Assembly (NCBI GenBank): GCA_003277985.1
Contig: QCHR01000004.1
Location: 36,396-100,395, forward strand
Source: Prochlorococcus sp. AG-402-G06
GTDB taxonomy: Bacteria > Cyanobacteriota > Cyanobacteriia > PCC-6307 > Cyanobiaceae
Direction: 5' to 3'
Length of the DNA stretch: 64,000 nt
Position 1 is the first letter of the stretch, and each line of letters starts with the position of its first letter. A program made the translations under genes and the position numbers. The notes beneath the pieces were generated by a model. The model worked only from the letters and a program-made list of their open reading frames with translations, was not told the DNA's origin and did no database searches. Positions 63,656 through 64,000 of this stretch are shown here, piece by piece.

Positions 63656-64000
63656 CTAATATCTTGATTTCCTTTCAATAATCATCATTGGGCGATTACT
63701 TGTTTTTGCACCATTAAATGCCTGCATAACTTCATCACCATTAAGTGGATCTAAGACAGGGAAACTAACACCTTTTCTAAAAAGTTCTGTGAAATCCTGA
63801 GAATGAGTTATCCCTGAATAGAATGGTCCAGCATCAGCTGTAACAGCACGAATAATCAAAGGAACTTTAAACTCACCATGAGATATCCTTTCGATTTTAT
63901 CTATATGATTGATGATTGCATCGGCCGCAACAAGCATGAAATCATGTCTCTCGAAATATAAAACTGGTTTAAATCCTTCAAAAGACATCCCTATTGCAAT
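63656..64000 (-). CDS. TPP-dependent 2-oxoacid dehydrogenase E1-beta / transketolase PYR-domain protein, 3' part (5' end outside the window)
   Basis: The frame is open to the window edge: IAIGMSFEGFKPV...DF...AADAIINH..K...VPLIIR...G.THSQ...P.MIIE. Confidence 0.8.
   Translation of the reverse strand: MAIGMSFEGFKPVLYFERHDFMLVAADAIINHIDKIERISHGEFKVPLIIRAVTADAGPFYSGITHSQDFTELFRKGVSFPVLDPLNGDEVMQAFNGAKTSNRPMMIIERKSRY

Larger units (their letters stand above)
59990..64000. other. Left edge of a putative surface-polysaccharide genomic island
   Basis: Abrupt switch from core genes to nucleotide-sugar genes; looks more AT-rich by eye; no integrase or att repeat seen. Confidence 0.65.

Overview
An AT-rich, gene-dense chromosomal segment from a marine picocyanobacterium. 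Gene content and order (psaD, psaC, ndhS, ho1-pebA-pebB, panC-cmk fusion, tRNA-Arg/rnpB) and base composition suggest a low-light Prochlorococcus; this is inferred, not checked by search. About 60 kb is core genome: ppc (partial; missing from the ORF track), gshA, trpE, psaD, a Hik34-like kinase, rodA, mrp, hemF, purM, icd, glgP, rnc, glmS, acpP-fabF-tktA, thiC with a TPP riboswitch, ruvB, smpB, lysS, mreBCD, ssb, ahcY and mutY. It also holds tRNA-Cys(GCA), tRNA-Arg(CCT) and RNase P RNA. The last 4 kb looks like the edge of a surface-glycan genomic island. It carries a complete ADP-heptose pathway (gmhA, hldD, hldE, gmhB) and a truncated TPP-enzyme beta subunit. I saw no CRISPR array, integrase, transposase or prophage, and no clearly new system. 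The best leads are the heptose island, an orphan hydroxy-acid dehydrogenase plus four-carbon sugar-acid kinase module, a MutY with an intact Nudix box, and a few candidate cis-regulatory sites.
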